Source: Octopus bimaculoides (lineage: Eukaryota). From it: 64,000 bases of DNA. The stretch lies in assembly GCF_001194135.2 (NCBI RefSeq), contig NC_068990.1:33966349-34030348 (forward strand), read 5' to 3'. Made by a program: the position numbers and the translations under genes. The notes beneath the pieces were generated by a model, which saw nothing but the letters and a program-made list of their open reading frames with translations, searched no databases and was not told the origin of the DNA. Each line of letters starts with the position of its first letter. The stretch's first letter is position 1. Shown here in pieces: positions 1 through 13,335 of this stretch.

Positions 1-410
1 CAGTATTCTGTTAATTGGTACAGTTTCATGTATATATGCTACTACAGTCCTCAAATTAGAAATTGATCAGCAAAAATAATATTCACCCATTACCTCCCAT
101 AATTCTATTAACTGCAATTTTTTTTTTATGAAACTTTGATTTCTAGCATAAAACAGCCTGAGAAACATGCTGGAATGATCAAAATAACATTTCAAAATAA
201 CATTCTAAATAGAAATAAGCGAGATATTGGGTGAAAAATTAGCAAACCTCATTTGAATATCAGAGAAATATACCTAGTAGATATAGCAAAAAGGTTAGAT
301 ATGTGTAAATATTGACAGTTAATAATGAAATTTGTAATTTTTAAGTGATCTCATATGAGATCACTGGTAGGTAATGGGTTAAGAATTGCAACAGGAAAAT
401 GAATATTTAC

Positions 411-536
411 CACTTTCAAAGCAAGCATCAAATGTCAAATGACCTTGTTTTGGTTTGCCAAAATATCCCTGTGGCACAACAGTCAACTTATTAACATTGC
501 CAACCAATGTCTCCTCACTGATATCAGAATCACTAC
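411..536 (-). CDS. AGBL4: Internal coding exon (exon 2 equivalent) of cytosolic carboxypeptidase 6 / AGBL4
   Basis: Acceptor ttctttgctttgtatattttgcag| and donor |gtaaat; 126 nt, phase 1 to 1. Translates (G)SDSDISEETLVGNVNKLTVVPQGYFGKPKQGHLTFDACFES(G). This matches recalled human AGBL4 exon 2 (GGNVSKYIVLPTGYCGQPKKGHLIFDACFESG), including the intron position after FES-G. Confidence 0.93.
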
Positions 537-1589
537 CTGCAAAATATACAAAGCAAAGAATTATTTGGCATCTGATAAGAGACTTAAAAATTTAAAAACA
601 AATAAAATAAACATGTACCAGTTATCAAAGTCTTTTAAAAAGGAAAACAGCAAAAATACCAAACAAAAAAAAAGGAGAAAAAAGTATGAATTTGTACAGA
701 AACTGACCTAGCTAAAAATGGTTCTTTATTAAAGAAGGTATCAAATTTTGTTTGCATAATGCACGTGATTTCATTTTGAAATTAGCCAGCTAAGAGGAGA
801 TAACCTACTGACATGTTAAACCTAAAGATCACAAGAAGAAATTGAAGAATTATTCAAATCTCTTTTTTTCACAGAAAGTCTTCAGTTTAATCTCTTATTT
901 TAATTAGTATAATTGTTTTATTTATTTTTCATAAACTGATCACATTTATAGATAATCTTACATTTGTTACATATATCTATTTTCTATTTCATAAATTCAA
1001 TTCCATAAAAGTAAAAAAAAAGAAAATTAAAAAAGAAATCTGAAATGAAAGAAACTTAATTAATAACAAGAGAAATGTAAACAGAACAGACTGTGTGCAA
1101 TAATGTGTTTTTAGCTGATATTTAATTTGAAAATATTCTTGGAGATACATGACTGCAGTGAAAAAAAAATCATATTTCCTTTTAAAAAAATTTCAAAAAA
1201 TATTTCTAATTTTCATCACAGTTTGAAGGAAATGAAACACTCCTGTTTAATTTGAGCACTATGACGATATGTTTATACAGACTTAGAGTTGAAAACAAAC
1301 TAAAATAGTCATATTTGTACTTTAATTTTCGTGTTTTAACTTGAGGTTAAAATCTATAATGATACAGTTGACTTTCTTGGATAAAGGTAAGACTACTGCT
1401 TCAGCTGGATGAGTTAGATGTTAGGATACAATTTGCATCCTGTTATTGCTGTTATGTTGTATCTAGTAAATGAGCCACAGATATGTCCTTGTGGTTTAGC
1501 AGTTCAGGTAGTACTTGGTCTCATTCCATTGTACTTCATTTTTGTTGAATCTCTTCTACAAGAGATCCAGGTTGACTAATATATTCTTT

Positions 1590-2012
1590 TCTTCTCTAGG
1601 CACAAGGCCCAAAATTTTGGGGGAGGTGGGGCACCAAGTCAATTAGATCGATCTCAGTATGCAACTGATACTTAATTTACTGACCTCGAAAGGATGAAAG
1701 GCAAAGTTGACCTGGGCGGAATTTGAACTCAAAACGTAAAGACAGACGAAATACCACTACGCATTTTGCCTGGCGTCTCTTATTTCTTTATTGCCCACGA
1801 GGGGCTAAACATAGAGGGGACAAACAAGGACAGACAAAGGGATTAAGTTGATTACATCGACCCCAGTGCATAACTGGTACTTAATTTATCGACACCGAAA
1901 GGATGAAATGCAAAGTCGACCTCAGCAGAATTTGAACTCAGAAAATAACGGCAGACGAAATACAGCTGAGCATTTCGTCCGGCATACTAACGATTGTGCC
2001 AGCTCCCTGTCT
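1590..2012 (-). mobile_element. Two stacked SINE family B copies
   Basis: 1778-2012 is a full copy; 1590-1777 is a variant truncated at its head. Confidence 0.8.
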
Positions 2013-4830
2013 TGGTTAACTAATATATTATGAGGGAAATTTGCAAGTTGGAAACTCTGCATCACATATTTTTGTGTATGTATTTATAAACATTTATCTT
2101 TCATCTGTTTCATTTGTTAGATTGTGGCCATGCTGGAGAACTACCTCAAAAGGTTTTAGTTAAACAAATTGACCCCTGGATTTATTTTTTGGGCCTAGAA
2201 CTTATTCTATCAGTCACTTTTGTTGAACTGCTATTGTCAAGCAACAGTGAGGGACAAACACAGACACAAAGACGCACACACACGACACACACACACACAC
2301 ACACCTTCTTTCAGTTTCCATCTACCAAATCCACTTACAAAGCTTTGGCTAAATCAAGGTGTTATGTTTAATAGAAAGAAATCATATCTTTCCTATTTAG
2401 AGACTATACCAATCTTGCAATGGAGTGACAAGTTACTAAACAACTGAAGCATGGAATTTAAGGACAAATAACTGGGTAAACAGGAAAATTGCAGTAAAGC
2501 TGCATGATAGTGGTGTCAGAAGTGGTATGCATGGCATCATATAATTTATTTTATTCGTCTTTTTCATTTTATTTCGACATCCATATTGTGATTTTTATTC
2601 TTCTCTTCTGTTTTATGAATCCAGTGTGCACATGCATGTTGTGTGTACATACTTCTCTTTCCAGTTCCAACTCAAAACTGTTTACAGATCACAACCATCT
2701 CACAAACCTGCGTTCATGAGGAGCGCTTCGTGCTCTGATGGTTGTGAAAAGAAATGCTTCAGCTCTTGAATAATATGAATACAGAATGGAAAGCTAATGA
2801 TGTAGATATTGTTAAGTGTCTAATTTAGCACAAAGCCATTTCCAATAAAAACTGGTAAGTTTCAGGTTATTACCATATTTGTCTCTAGTAGAAGTATAAT
2901 TGTTTTGTTTTATTCTCAATAGCTTCAAGTTAATCTTATTGAACAATAAGTTTGACATTCTACCATGAAATTCTTTAGCAAAGATTCACAGATTTGTCTG
3001 TTTTAGGCAACTTACCATCATTCAGATTACTATCATTTTGTGTTCTTTAAATTCACTAAATTACTCATATCAACACTATCACCAGCTTAACAGGGCAACT
3101 TTTAATTAACAGGATTAGATCTTATGGCTGAAAGTTTCTTTTCTTGTAGTTATCAAAGCCTGATGCTTCTAGTCAACTTAAATGGTTTTTTCTTACCTTT
3201 ATTGATGGATAAATAGATTATTAATATCAAATATCAATCAGCTGAATTTTGATAATGGAATAAGAACATTTTTTTCAAAATATAAACAAAGAGAAAAGGA
3301 AAGAATGAAAAACAGAAACTATATACAGCAAATAGTTTAAAACAATTCACAGCAGTCTTTCTTGTTCTAATATAAAACAACAAAGGATGTCATTATTAAA
3401 TGGCCATCTCCAATTCTGTTCAAATTGTCATTAACTTTATTATTATTATTATTATTATTATTATTGTTGTTGTTATATATGGGAAATATGTCTTTAGTTG
3501 NNNNNNNNNNNNNNNNNNNNNNNNNNNNNNNNNNNNNNNNNNNNNNNNNNNNNNNNNNNNNNNNNNNNNNNNNNNNNNNNNNNNNNNNNNNNNNNNNNNN
3601 NNNNNNNNATTATTATTATTATTATTGTTGTTGTTATATATGGGAAATATGTCTTTAGTTGGAAGTGGAGTAGCAATGGGGTAGTCTACTATGTAAATGA
3701 AGAGAAGTGTTTGAATATTGACTGACTATTATAAATCAGGTATTGAAACAATTAAAGTGACATATTGGCAGAGCTGTTAAGGGCATCAAACAGACTACCT
3801 CACATTTGTTCTAGCTCTCTGAACTCTGATTTCAAATCCGCTCAAGGTCAGTTTTCTGTTTCATCCTTTTGGGGTCAATGAAATTCACAGAATTTTAAGT
3901 GGAACATTAACAGCATCAATCAGTCTTGGAGGGTCTGCACACCCACTCCAACAGTTGCAAACGATGACGAAGCTAGCAGTTGACTTGCTTCAGTTAAAGC
4001 AGTCATATACCTATATCTAACATTATTATAGACTCATCTATAATTAACTTTCATTTGTTCCGAATTATTAGATTGGTATCATTATCATCATGCTCAGTAT
4101 CAATGAAGCCTACAGTATAATGTATTGTCAAAATAGGTGCAGCACTAGTCAACATACCCTGCAGTACTTAGCTGCATTGTTTTATATTGTATTTTCAAAT
4201 TCCCTTGCAGTCAACTTAAATCTTCCATCTGTTGATAAAATAATTGGTAATCAGACAACAGATTTAATTTAATCAACAGTTCTACTCTTATAGAATGTAC
4301 AGCCTTGTTAGAAATCAAATTTGAAAGTAGTAGAGGGATGGATTTAATGCAGTATTCACTTACATCACCCAATGTCTTGAGTTCAAATCCCAGTCAACTC
4401 AGCCTTTCATCATTGGACGTGTAATAAAACAATTAACAATCAAGTGTTAGGGAGGATTTAAATCAATTGTTCCTTCAAAAGCAAGTTTCAAAAACAAATT
4501 ATGATTATAGCCCATTCTATGATGTCTGACAATATCATTGATATCTTGGTTCCACCTTGCTTCCATCTTCTCATGATTTAATATCTAGCCTCAAATGCAG
4601 CAACATAAAAATTTAATTATGTAGGGTGTGGCTTTATATTGAAAATGGCACGGTTGTATGAGAATAAAAGAGTTGAAATATAGTAAAAAAATGAATTACT
4701 TTATATTGGAATAGTTGGAGGGAAATATTGTATTTCATTTATTTTTTCTTACCTAAGATGGAACAAAGTAGTAAAGGCTGATTTTAGGACCTTAAACTGC
4801 ATGTACAAGATGACAAAAGACCAAGATGAC

Positions 4831-4941
4831 TGAGGATATGCAGTTCCTGAGAAATCCTGCCTAACCTCAAAGAAACTGAGATTCTTTGAGGATATGCAGT
4901 TCCTGAGAAATCCTGCCTAACCTCAAAGAAACTGAGATTCT
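4831..4941. repeat. 56-bp tandem duplication in an RTE-like tail
   Basis: tgaggatatgcagttcctgagaaatcctgcctaacctcaaagaaactgagattct occurs twice. Confidence 0.9.
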
Positions 4942-5528
4942 GGAAGCAAAATGTACAATTTCCCCTTCTACCCAATTTCATCCTTAAGTCATTCCCACCA
5001 CCTATCATCTCTTTAACTGCACTATTTTGCAGCTGTTATCAAATATGAGTAGAACACAGAACTGTATACTTCATTTTTTCCCCTTGATACTTCCACCTGT
5101 CCCTTTTAGCACTCAGAACCATTTCACTGTTACCCATCTTCCGTTCTCAATACACTCCTCTCCACCCACATTTTACATTGATCACCCTCCTGAGCCACCA
5201 AATTATCTCTCTTCCACCACCATACATCTCCCTACACCACTTACTATGTCTTCTCCCCATACACTCACAACCTACACACCAACATGTCATCTTTCCTTCA
5301 CTCTTTCATCCATCCTCTCTCTTTCTTCCCTTGTCAACTGTATCAGCATTATTATTACTATTCTGGTGCTCTTTGCCACCTCTTTTCTGCACTGTCTATC
5401 ATCTCTCTCCTACCTTCCTGCAACTCACGTATCATTATTCAACCTTCACCCACCTTAAGTCTACCCAGTTTCTACAGACATCACCAACTTTTTCCTCTTT
5501 TCTACACACCCTACTTATCATTCTTGAA

Positions 5529-5792
5529 CAGGTGTTGCTGTGTGGTAAGAGGCTTGTTTTCCAATCAAATGGTTCCAAGTTCAGTCCCACTGCAAGGCAC
5601 CTTGGGCAAGTGTCTTTTACTATAGCCTTAGATCAACCAAAGTCTTGTGAGAGGATTTGGTAGACAGAAAGTGAAAGAAAACCATCAAATATATATATAT
5701 ATATATATATAAAGCTTGAAACGACTATAAAGCTTGAAACACGTGTACTGCGGAATCCTTTGTGTTTTGTTTTTGTTTTTACGTTTTTAATT

Positions 5793-5832
<40 letters not shown>

Positions 5833-6055
5833 CGTGTGTGTGTGTGTGTGTGTGTATCTTTGTTCCCCTTCATTGCTTGACAACTGATGTTCGCGTGTTT
5901 ATGTCTCCGTAACTTAGAAGTTTGGCAAAAGAGACCGATAGAATAAGCACTAGGCTTACAAAAAACAATTCCCAGGGTTAATTTCTTTGACTAAAAGACC
6001 CTTTAAGGCAGTGTACCAGCATGACCACAGTTAGATGACTGAAACACGTAAAAGA
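5529..6055 (+). mobile_element. SINE family A copy with an internal insertion (~5700-5800)
   Basis: Head caggtgttgctgtgtggtaag, tail gatgactgaaacacgtaaaag. Confidence 0.8.
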
Positions 6056-7129
6056 ATCTAATATAATAATAAGCGTATTGCTTCCATATATTTGTATATT
6101 TGTATATACAAATATATATTTGTATACTTGTACGTGGAAGAAGAAAGAAAATATTAATTCAGTGAAGGAGAAGTAGTGAGAGTAATAGCCCTAACTGAGA
6201 GGGAGTGAGCGAAAGTAATAGCAATGATTGAAAGGAAGGGGTGATAGATGAATAAGGAAGGAAGAGGTGAAAAAAATCAGCATTTCAACTCTGTGTGAGT
6301 GTATGTGTGTGTGTGTGTGCGCGCACGTGTATAAGGGAAGTATGTGAATGTTTGTAGGAGTGATTATTATTATGTACCTTATTTTGTACCTTATTTATAT
6401 ATAAAATGCTACAATTAGCCATCATTACTGACAGCACGTGGTCAGCTAGTAAAACAATAAAAGAATATATCCATAATATTCATCCTCTCACCTATTCCCT
6501 ATTTCTAACCATTTTTCACTCTGTCATGCTCCACTTGGCTGCACTTCATTTTCTGATGTCCCACCTCACTTCACACCTTAAGTGTCCACTTCATTACTGA
6601 TATTTTATCTCATTCCAGCTCCAACCCAGTCTTCTATAGCTGTGTGGCACCTCTACAGCAAGAAACCTGTTCTATTGTAATCTCTTTTCTCTTAGTTTAA
6701 CCTCTCATCCCATAGTATAAAGCCACCTTCCTCTTTGCTGTAGTTTCATTCATTTGAAGGGGATCATAGTCTTGCAGGCTGCATGGCAACCCCACTAGTG
6801 TTGGTGACATGAAAAAAGCATCCAGTGCATGCTGTAAAGCCATGGGAACCATGCCAAAGCAAACATTAGTGTACCATCCAGTTTTCAGATCCTGTCAAAC
6901 CACCCAGCCCACGCCAGCATGGGACATGGATGTTAAATAATGATGATCAGAGAAGGCGAAAAAATGAGAATCGAAAATCTAAAAGTGACAAAAAGAACTC
7001 AAAAGCAACAAAGACAGTAGGCCCACAGGCTTAACATTCAGCAAAAGATAAGTACATACATTCATCAACACACAAAAGAATAAATATGAATGAAATGCTT
7101 TATATATTAAATTGACTTAATATGTAAGG

Positions 7130-7465
7130 TGGGTGGGGGCTCCAAAAGGGGTCTCAGAAAGTAGTGTCCCTGCCTTCCTGAGCTAGTTTCCCACCACATT
7201 TCTTAAAAATTGTGGTAGAGGCCATGGTTTCGGAACCACACTTGTCTAAAAACTGAGGTTAGGGTAAGCAAGGGTATGCTCCCCATAAAAAATCCAGCTC
7301 CAAAAAAGCCTCAAGATAGCAAAGGAGAATGGGTACCAGCCAGCCTAAAGGTTGTGGTGGGATTCAGCCGCCTACCTCAGTTGCTATGGCATTGAGGTAG
7401 ATCCAGTCACCCTTGTTAATGGGGACAAAACCCGGATTCTAAACACTGGATGATGATGATGATAT
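7130..7465 (+). mobile_element. Retroposon tail family ending ggggacaaaacccggattctaaacactg(GAT)n
   Basis: A second, inverted partial copy lies at ~30730-30800. Confidence 0.55.
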
Positions 7466-7943
7466 AAGGAGGTAACTAAGTAAGAAGGAGAGAAGCACAA
7501 GAAAGAAGATAAAAAGAATACATTCCATGCTAGCTTATTAAAATAGTGATTTTAAACAGAGACAGTGAAACTAAGTCGGTGACCAAGTCTCAAGTGAAAT
7601 GAAATTTTTAGCCACTTCATAATAGACAGTACTGTTAAGAAATGAGTAGGTTCTATGTGCTCTTAAATGGTTAAAAGAGCTCTTTTACAATGTAACTGCA
7701 TGTGTGTGCATGTGTGCATTGTAGGTGTTGTGTTGCAAACTGAAAGCTTCACTGTTACTCCAAGTTTCATATTTCCAGTAACATGAATTAGTGAAATTTT
7801 CAGTTTGTAATCAAATAGGATAAAATTCTGCAGGACATACTCAGCACACCATTATTTTTCTTCTCTTCTACTTCATCTAGTTTTTGTATCATAAAATTAT
7901 AAACACAATCAATCTTCTTTTGTGAGTTGTGAGAGTGTGTGTG

Positions 7944-7974
<31 letters not shown>

Positions 7975-8257
7975 CGTGCTTGTGTGTGAGAGAGCATAAC
8001 TATATATATGTGTGTGTGTGTGTGTGTGTATAAGTATATATTATCATCATCAACCTCATCATTTTAATATCCGCTTTTCCAAGCTTTCATGGGTCAGACA
8101 AAATTTGTTGACGCAGATTTTCTACGACTGGATGCCCTTCCTGTTACCCACTTTTCACCTATTTCCACGGAAGACTGGAAATGAACAACGTCACTTGTAT
8201 GATGGTGATGCTTGCTAACAACCATCACATGACATCAAGACAAGGCACACATATATA

Positions 8258-8300
<43 letters not shown>

Positions 8301-9207
8301 TAAGCTGCTGTGGCTGTGTGGATAAAATGTTTGCTTTCCAGTCACATGGTTTCAGGTTCAGTCCTTGGGCAGGTGTCTTCTATTATATGTGTGTGTTCAC
8401 ACAAACACACACATGCATATATATTATGGTTGTTACATAATGCAATTCAATCATATTGGCTTAATTCTGCTAGGATCTGTGTAGTTATCTTAAAACAGAA
8501 ACCACAATCAGCTGACCAATTGACTAGATAACCATACATAACTTGAAGTGGTAGGCCGCAATCAGTTTCCCTTTATGTAAACTAATTCCATGTAATTCTG
8601 CAGCTAAATAAATAAAGCATTACAGCCAATAATGGTTAAGGCATTTCCACTTTCAGAACAGACAGTAATTCAGTGTGACATCTAAAAATATTCACAAGTA
8701 CAGACAACAGTAATGTTCATGTATCTAATACAATCAAGTGCATGGAGTCTGTTGATGAGATAATTTGTGCTTGTGCATGAATGTACATTGATGTTAGAAG
8801 GTATCATAAAAACTGTTCGCTCAAGTTATAAAAAGGTTGATAGAAAGACAATAGATGCTATCTCTGTATGTTGATTTCTTTATTTCCGTGAGCTTGTCAC
8901 TTGTTATTAGCAGATAAGAACTCCAGTGCTAATCACGTAGTCAGCAACAGCGTCCCAAGATACCTATAATTCACAATGTCTGCTTGTGTTTTTATTAATA
9001 AAAATTACACCCACCCTACTAACTTCTCTGATTAAGGTGGGTATGTATGTATGTATATATGTATGTATGTATGTGGTGGGATTATACTCAACAGATACTT
9101 CGTATTGCTGTTATTTTGTTTTTTTATTTCATTCATGCCAATCAAAATAATTTACAAGTTGATTTTAGCTATGCCCAGAAATAGAAATTAGTTCTCTATT
9201 GTTACAG

Positions 9208-9257
<50 letters not shown>

Positions 9258-9965
9258 CCTGGCACAGTTTCAGCAACTAGTTCAACCAATACTAAAAGAT
9301 TCATATCTAATTCAATGATAAAGTACATGCAAACAATTATGTTGGTGTAGCTCAAGTGTTAGAGTTCATATCATTACAAAAATCTGGATAATCTTTTTCT
9401 AGTTGAGAGATGCCAAGAGACAATAGTGTTACCTTATTGGATGAAGGTTAAAAAATCTGGATTCTATCAATGTAATATGTCTTTTTCCCTATTTTTTTAT
9501 TACATTGTATGAACAATAATGTTGTTGGCAGCAGGATTCCAATGGAACAATCTATGAGAATCTTGTAACTAAATTTATGTAGTGACTTTGGCAAAAATAA
9601 AAATGGTATCTTTTGCAAAAAAAAAATGTTAACTCTCATTTATCTAATCTGCTGTGAAAACAGCCCAAATAAAGGGGGGGGAGTCACATGTGGTAAATAG
9701 TAAGTCAGGGAGGAGATGTCCATGCATGTAGCAAACATCTAACCTGGGAAGGGTAGTCGCATGTAGCAATTAGCAAGCCAGTTAAAGCTAGAATTCTTCC
9801 TAATATCAATTTCATAATTTAACAAATGTGGTAAAGAAGTTCCTTTCATGGCTGCATGTTCACAGGTTCAGTTCCATTGGATGGTGGGCAAATGTCATCT
9901 ACTATAGCCCCAGGATGACTAAAGCCTTGTGAGTGGATTTGTTAGATAGAAACTGAATAAAGCCT

Positions 9966-10208
9966 GAATATTTTAGGCGGTGAGCTGACAGAAACGTTAG
10001 CACGCAGGGTGAAATGCTTAGCGGTATTTCATCTGCTGTTACATTCTGAGTTCAAATTCTGCCGAGGTCGACTTTGCCTTTCATCTTTTTGGGGTCGATA
10101 AATTAAGTGCCAGTTATGCACTAGGGTCGATGTAATTAACTTAATCCCTTTGTCTGTGCTTGTTTGTCCCCTCTATGTTTAGCCCCTTGAGGGCAATAAA
10201 GAAATAAG
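9966..10208 (+). mobile_element. SINE family B inserted into a family A copy
   Basis: Full-length copy flanked by a 16-bp TSD, aaactgaataaagcct / aaactgaaaaaagcct. Confidence 0.85.
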
Positions 10209-12186
10209 AAACTGAAAAAAGCCTATCACACACACACACACACACAAATGCATGTTTGTATGTATGTGTATGTCACTGTGAGTGTTTGTGTGAGTTTGTA
10301 TTTTCCATTGCGTTTACATGTGTTTAGTGGATGTAAACAGTGGCTCCTACCTCTAGAAAAAGGTGGAAGTCGGCGTCAGGAAAAGCATCCAGCTATAGAA
10401 AACTCTGTCTCAATGTAGTCTCTTCTGATCCATCCAAGCATAGAAAATGTGATATTAAAATGAGGAGGAGGGGGAGGACAAATTTCAGCTCTAAGATTTG
10501 AGATACAATATCTGCTTCTGTATAAAATTCACTCTTGCATAAGACAAGCGTTTACCGTTTTGTGGGAAAAAAAAGTACATTTTCTAGTGATAAACAAATT
10601 TAATATTTCATCACACACTCGTGTAATCAGAATTCCATCCATAATTTGGTTACACTTAAAAACAGAAAAAGTACATCTTACACATCAGCATATATGGTAC
10701 TTGGATATTTGTGATAGTATAAAAGTCAAATATTAACTTCACAATGATTTTGTATTATCCATAAAATTTCAAATTTAAAAGAAATATAGTAGTAATAACT
10801 TGGCATTCACCCATTTTCCAATAGTATTCATACAGAACATGAATTATTTTGAACTAAGTTAGAAAGACAAGACTATATATTCAATTTTCTAATACTTCTG
10901 CCTACAAAGAAGCCAAAATTTACAGATAATTACATTGTCGAAATCTTTTCTTACATTTCAACTTTTGTTTTTAAGATTCATTTCATAATAAAACAGTTTT
11001 CTAAACATAAAATTTTAATCATCTCTAGAGTCCCTATATAACATCTCAATATAATGGTCTATCTTAATATCAATCTAAGAAATTTAATCAACTAAAAACT
11101 GAGTTGTATTTATTCTCAATAGTTTCAAATATTCAAGTGTCTATTCTCTAAAAGGAAAAATCTGTTATTCATAATATTTTCCTTCAAAACATTCTGCTTT
11201 AAAAATTGTCAAGTAAAACAAAATATTATAAGTATTCTATCTTGAAATTATTGAATTATTTACAACAATATATTAATTTGTACCTTAAGCTATTTAAATA
11301 TTAACAAGTCTCAAGCAATCTCAGTAAGCAATGTCATTGTTAAGTATAACATAATTATATGCATTCAACTTGGTTAATCATCTTTAAAATTAAAAGACAC
11401 TTTCTGATATAAATTAATGCTTCAGAAATTTATAAACTTCAATATTTTATGTCCTGTATTAGTGTGAATTGAGTGCTTCATTTCTCAAAGCATTCACCTG
11501 AAGATTCAGATTTTAACAATTAGTGCTGAGTCAACAGTTCAAATTTGTAGCTCTGCAATTGCTTGGAAAATTATCTGCTCATGCAGAGAAAACCATCTCT
11601 ATTTCTTGAACAATGCATGCCAATTCTCTTGCCAATGAAGCTGAAATATCATGTTGCCCATGCACAGCTTTTGTCAATCTCAAATTCTAACAATAATTAC
11701 GTGAAGATAACAGAAAATTTACATTAAATTTTGTAAATATTTTTCAAAAATAATTCCTAAATTTGACGAGAAAGAGATAATCAGAGGCTTCCAGCTTAAA
11801 GCCTTAATCACATCAGCAAATCAGTTGGCTTCCCGCTAGATTTATTATAGTTCTGCTTAATGGAAACATCATTCAGACTTATTTATTTATTTATTTATTT
11901 AGGCACAAACTGAGACAGAATTTAGATGGAATATGTCAGTCAGAAGTTATAGGTTACCCAAAGAATATAAACACACAAATCAAACAATACTTTTATGGGT
12001 TCTACATGTTGTTTAATTGGAGTTACGGCATATCTGAATGTAATGAAATGTGACTTTAATATAAAGTAACCAATGATGACACTGTGTTTTAACTCAATAC
12101 TTTCCAGATAAATTCTTGACAATAACCAACAGTAATCCCTGAAAGTAATCTTCAAGAGTATTACAAATTTAACACATCTACCATAC

Positions 12187-12410
12187 CTCTACCAATAGAA
12201 TCAGAATGTGTTGATATTTTCTGGGAAATTTGGAATTCAGCTTCAAACTGTTTTTCACAAGCCATACTAACTCGATGAAATGATGATAATGAAAAGGATG
12301 ATGATAATAATAATGATGATGATGACAATGACGGTTGTGGTGTTGATGACGATGATGGTTGCGAAAATGTTTCTAATTCATGAATGCTTCTCCAGGCTGT
12401 TTTGGAAGCA
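12187..12410 (-). CDS. Candidate upstream exon (possible AGBL4 start exon; ATG at 12265)
   Basis: About 80 stop-free codons, partly a Ser-rich (TCA)n repeat. Acceptor tctatacgtcag|, strong donor AG|GTATGG. ATG at 12265 gives MACEKQFEAEFQISQKISTHSDSIGR-G ending in phase 1, compatible with the 411-536 exon. No homology recognised. Confidence 0.25.
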
Positions 12411-12780
12411 CTGACGTATAGAATTCATATCAAAAGTCTTTGTTATATTCATTGATATAATTAAATTATTATACTTTATACATATATGAATTACAAGAAT
12501 CAGTTATTCATAATATTCTCCATAATTCCCTTTGATGACCTAACTCTCTGTACGCAGTCCTAATTCATAACATAATCCATCGAGTTACTTTGATTCAGGC
12601 AAACGATCTACCTCTCGCATCACATGAAATCAATACAAGAGTTTCCTGTCCAATAAACAGCATCAGATAACCAAGCTTCAAGCTGAACAGTGTGAATTTT
12701 AAACATACCTATTTATTCCTCTCAAAATTAGAAATCTTATACCATAGCTTTCCACAAAAAGACATTTTTTTTTTTTACAT

Positions 12781-13211
12781 TTTCCTTGTTTCAATCATTG
12801 GACTGTGTGTGGCCATACTGGGACACTGCCCTGAAGATTTTAATCAAACAAAGTACCACTAGTACTTATTTTAAAGTCTGATACTCTATTGATCACTTTT
12901 ACTGAACTGCTAAGTTACAGGGCTGTAAAATAATAAACACTAGTTGTCAAGCAGTGGGGAATGGGACAAACACACGCACACACGCACACACACGACAGGC
13001 TTCCACACAGACTCCATCAACCAAATGAGATGAACACAAACACATACACACACGCACATGACAGGCATCAGCACAGTCTCCATCTACCAAATTCACTCAC
13101 AATCATTGGTGAGCTCAGAGCTATAGAAAATTCCTACCCAAGGTCCACACAAGGAACTAAACCAGAAATCATGTGATTCTAAGTGAGATTCTTAACTACA
13201 CAGCCATACCT
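12781..13211 (-). mobile_element. SINE family A copy
   Basis: Reverse-complement homology to 13336-13740. Confidence 0.8.
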
Positions 13212-13335
13212 AACTGTATAATAAAAAAAAATTACTGATATCTTACGAGAAAAAGTCAAATCTAATATAAAATAAAACCCAGGGATTATACCTGAAATTA
13301 TGCATAGTAAACATATGTTGTGAAAAGATTTACAA

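Noticed and set aside
708-821. Minus-strand exon-like segment (ctttag| ... TAG|GTCAGT) just upstream of the AGBL4 exon
   Set aside because: Stops in all three frames, including TAG immediately before the phase-1 junction, so it cannot be the coding start exon.
2689-2725. Resemblance to miR-67/miR-307 (UCACAACC seed)
   Set aside because: Those miRNAs derive from the 3p arm. Here the match is on the 5' arm and diverges after the seed, so it is treated as coincidence.
2793-2835. Second small hairpin followed by ACA, suggesting an H/ACA snoRNA with the 2689 hairpin
   Set aside because: The pocket is only 5x2 nt, the spacing to ACA is wrong, and the hinge is ~45 nt. Neither hairpin has a SECIS AUGA/GA quartet.
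3430-3660. Direct repeats flanking gaps (also 33835-33904 and 34805-34850)
   Set aside because: Identical sequence on both sides of N runs indicates contig-overlap artefacts, not biological duplications.
5027-5663. Long ORFs of 113-161 aa (also 30803-31219, 35355-35654, 62078-62437)
   Set aside because: C/T-rich low-complexity or SINE-derived sequence lacking stops for compositional reasons; no domain features.
11498-11686. Protein-like frame NLRLTKAVHGQHDISASLARELACIVQEIEMVFSA* between splice-like sites
   Set aside because: Stops in every frame before the donor, weak acceptor, no recognised homology.
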